Source: an uncultured Actinomycetes bacterium (GTDB lineage Bacteria; Actinomycetota; Thermoleophilia; Gaiellales; Gaiellaceae). Taken from it: DNA of 64,000 nt. Both the position numbers and the translations under genes were made by a program. Under the pieces are notes generated by a model, which was not told the origin of the DNA, ran no database searches, and saw nothing but the letters and a program-made list of their open reading frames with translations. The stretch is taken from NCBI GenBank assembly GCA_963781315.1, contig CAWAFJ010000005.1, positions 318 to 64,317 on the forward strand, in the 5' to 3' direction. This document shows, one piece after another, positions 61,738-64,000 of this stretch (position 1 is its first letter; each line of letters opens with the position of its first letter).

Positions 61738-62036
61738 GTTCGATCCCTCCCTCTCGCTAATGGCGTCTCGTTCCACCCCTCTGTGTTTACCCACGCCCTG
61801 TTAGCCGACCGTCATCTGCCGGTTAGCTTTCCGGGGGGCTGCGTAAAAGCCCGGTAAGTCGGGCCTCATGGCGTCGCAAGCGGCTCGGGGCGGTTGAGGG
61901 GAACGCGAAGGCTGGTGGTCGAAGGCGTGCTGATCGCAGGCTTCGTGTTGACGGTGTCGTACTGCCCTCAGCCATCAACGTGGCGTTTCGCGAGTTACCT
62001 CTGGCCCCTACCGGGCTCGGAGTGCGGTCAAGAGAG

Positions 62037-62070
62037 GGTTGTCGGGAGGCGCGTCCGCCTCCCGACAACC
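62037..62070. terminator. 15-bp perfect hairpin
   Basis: GGTTGTCGGGAGGCG-CGTC-CGCCTCCCGACAACC lies 14 nt beyond the stop of the minus-strand ORF 62084..62314. The U-tract is weak on both strands. Confidence 0.55.
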
Positions 62071-62083
62071 TTAGGTCATCTGT

Positions 62084-62314
62084 CTATTTCGACGAATGGC
62101 AGTGTTTCTTGTGGTGCTTCTGCCGATCGCAGTGCTTCTTCTGGTCGTCGCGGCGATCCTGCTTCTTGCACTGATCGCGGCGATCGCAGCACTCTTGCTT
62201 GTCGGAGCGCTGAGGGCAGTCCCTTCCTGTCGAAATGCTCAGGGCAGTCCTGCCTCTCGCAGTGTTCGCGGCGAGGTCATCGGCAACATCGGTTACATGA
62301 TGGACTTTGCCCAA
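62084..62314 (-). CDS. hypothetical small Lys/His/Cys/Asp/Gln-rich protein
   Basis: C-terminal ..CPQRSDKQECCDRRDQCKKQDRRDDQKKHCDRQKHHKKHCHSSK with degenerate ~30-nt DNA repeats. G/C-ending codons fit the genome better than the CTT-rich plus-strand alternative. TTG start with a weak RBS. Confidence 0.35.
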   Translation of the reverse strand: MGKVHHVTDVADDLAANTARGRTALSISTGRDCPQRSDKQECCDRRDQCKKQDRRDDQKKHCDRQKHHKKHCHSSK

Positions 62315-62501
62315 GCGGTGCTCTGGACGTTGCAGCCCTGATCACGCCGACCCTCACAGCCCGGGCTGACCGTTGTCCTCGGGCGTGATTCTCGCACACT
62401 GGCGCAGCTGAGTGGCCTCTCGCAGGGTCGGTAATTTCGACGCAGAGCAGGTCGGTGGTCGCGCGGATGCGGCACCGGGCTCTAGGCGGGAGTGTTTCGG
62501 C

Positions 62502-62768
62502 ATGAGGAGCCTCCGGATGAGCCGGGTGATGCTGTTCGGTGCCGTGACCATCGTGGCAGCTACTGCCCTGCTGCTGGATGCGGCTGGGGCGAGTACGGCG
62601 GGCGCGGCGCAGGCGCGGTGGGTGGTCACCGATCTCGGCACTCGCCAGCGCAGCGCTACTCTTGATCCGCCGGAGGGGTGGCAGAGCGGTCGAATGCGGC
62701 GGTCTCGAAAACACCTTGAGGCTGTTCTTGCCCAATTTGCAAGCTTGTGCGTGAGGGCGGCGTGTTAG
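62502..62768 (+). CDS. signal-peptide ORF, possibly a truncated remnant
   Basis: MRSLRMSRVMLFGAVTIVAATALLLDAAGASTAGAAQA then RWVVTDLGT. I recall this resembling the start of HAF-type extracellular repeat proteins, but no repeat body follows. Confidence 0.3.
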   Translation: MRSLRMSRVMLFGAVTIVAATALLLDAAGASTAGAAQARWVVTDLGTRQRSATLDPPEGWQSGRMRRSRKHLEAVLAQFASLCVRAAC

Positions 62769-63115
62769 CCAATTATCGGCTGCTGATGCGGATTGGAGAA
62801 GAGCGTCGGTGTTCGGTGCGGTGGCGAGATCGGGGTGTGATGGCGTGGTTGAGCGAAGAGCTAACGTCGTTGGTCGAGCGCGCACTCAATCGCGCAGCCG
62901 CACCGGGGTCGTCCTTTGATCTTGTGATGTGGCGGGCCGGCGGCTTCGGTGTCATGCGACCGGGCGGCCTGACTTCGCCCAGCGCGTTCCCGGATCGTCG
63001 CAACTTGGGACAGAGCTGGGCAAGAGGGGCCGTGAGAGTACGGGTGAGTCGAGCGCGATCCCGATCGCGCAGGTCTCTTTTCTGACTTGCGTCGTGGGGT
63101 AGGTCAGAGCTAACG

Positions 63116-64000
63116 ATGTGCGCCATGAACACCGCGGCACCGACTGCACCTCCCGGGAAGCGAAGGTCGAGGTACGAGGGGATCGTTCTACGTCACGCTC
63201 GCGCGCTGCCGCTCTCGGGCAGGCGGCCACTGTTCGTGCAGTCCGAGCTATCAGGCGCAGGTGTGGTCAGCGCGGGAGCAGAAGACGATCCGGAAGACGT
63301 TCCGCGACGCTCGCGGACGCGCGGAACTGGCGGCACGAGAGCCAGGTCGCGCTACGAAAGGGAATGCTCCGCTCGTCGTCGCATCTCACGCTCGAGCAGG
63401 CAGCCAACGGCGTGGCTCTCAGCAGCCGAGACCGGGATCGTCCGGACACGCACCGGCGAGGCATACAAGCCCTCGGCGATCCGCGCCTACCGGCAAGCGC
63501 TCCGCCACCGCGTCTCCCCAGCCCTCGGCGGCGAAACGACTGACCGCGATCACCCACACGATGCTGCAGGACTTCGCCGACCAACTCTCCGCCCAAGGGC
63601 TCTCGCCGAGCAGCGTCCGAAACACGATCCTGCCGCTGCGCGCGATCTACCGCCGCGCCCACCGCCGCGACGACGTCGCCATCAACCCCACCCTCAGACT
63701 CACCCTCCCCGCCGTGCGCGGCCAACCGCGACCGGGTCGCCGCCCCCACCGAAGTCAGCACCGCTCCTCGACGCGCTCCACCCCGACGACCGCGCGATCT
63801 ACGCCACCGCCCTCTACGCCGGCCTCCGCGCTCGGCGAACTCCAAGCCCTCCACTGGGACGACATCGACCTCACCAACAACCTCATCCACGTCCACCGAA
63901 GCTGGGACCGCGACGCAGGCTTCATCGCACCCAAGAAGCCGCTCCGGCAACCGCCGCGTCCCCATCACCCCCACCCTCCGCCGCGAACTCCTCAACCCAC
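63116..64000 (+). mobile_element. tyrosine recombinase (phage-type integrase) gene running off the right edge; about eight to nine frame breaks
   Basis: Pieces in all three frames: ..HCSCSPSYQAQVWSAREQKTIRKTF, ..LADARNWRHESQVALRKG.., WLSAAETGIVRTRTGEAYKPSAIRAYRQALRHRV, LTAITHTMLQDFADQLSAQGLSPSSVRNTILPLRAIYRRA, LLDALHPDDRAIYATALYAGLR, LGELQALHWDDIDL.. Confidence 0.8.

Noticed and set aside
62096-62341. Plus-strand hydrophobic 81-aa ORF (MAVFLVVLLPIAVLLLVVAAILLLALIAAIAALLLV..).
   Set aside because: It depends on many CTT Leu codons, unusual for this genome, and is the mirror image of the repeat-encoded Lys/His/Cys ORF. It is not excluded, but it is judged the less likely strand.
62277-63085. 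ORFs 62277..62885 (minus) and 62747..63085 (plus) as island cargo or an excisionase.
   Set aside because: No recognisable domain, helix-turn-helix or ribosome-binding site. The composition resembles shadow frames and the region may be decayed non-coding DNA.
63116-64000. Calling the integrase (and other frame-broken genes) pseudogenes.
   Set aside because: Essential genes in the same window show the same kind of frame breaks. Decay therefore cannot be separated from assembly error without reads, although the break density is higher here.

Overview
This is a very GC-rich (by eye roughly 70%) bacterial chromosome segment. The core gene order looks Actinomycetota-like: deoC operon, mtnP, era-cdd-dgkA-ybeY-phoH, mtaB, prmA-dnaJ-hrcA-hemW-lepA, murJ, rpsT, holA-comEC-comEA, leuS, lysA and fbiC. 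Two accessory regions flank this core.

(1) Positions 1-7300 hold a copper/metal-homeostasis cluster. It comprises a Met-rich secreted protein, a multicopper oxidase with embedded metal-binding modules, DUF4396, a CDF transporter, a YncE-like propeller and a cupredoxin. A CsoR-like operator palindrome precedes the cluster, and a tRNA-Leu(CAA)-like 3' fragment plus a truncated gene copy close it.

(2) Positions 59300-64000 hold tRNA-Ser(GCU) followed by a degraded integrative element. It contains an integrase C-terminal relic, a DUF11 surface protein with near-identical 360-363 nt tandem repeats, a small Lys/His/Cys-rich ORF, and a heavily frame-broken integrase that runs off the right edge.

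Between these regions, the most unusual items are three tandem G1 (eqolisin-like) peptidase paralogs next to a double-LCCL protein, and an orphan contractile-tail tube-like gene between mtnP and era. In the middle peptidase copy the catalytic Gln/Glu pair appears reciprocally swapped. There are also terminator-like leader hairpins in front of leuS and rpsT, and a Fre-like reductase / FMN-binding protein / ApbE trio.

Many genes, including essential ones (leuS, lepA, holA, lysA), carry frame breaks that are patchily distributed. I read these as assembly indels, so frame-broken genes are not called pseudogenes. I found no CRISPR array, no rRNA and no recognisable defence system. No single clearly new multi-gene system is demonstrable from the sequence alone.
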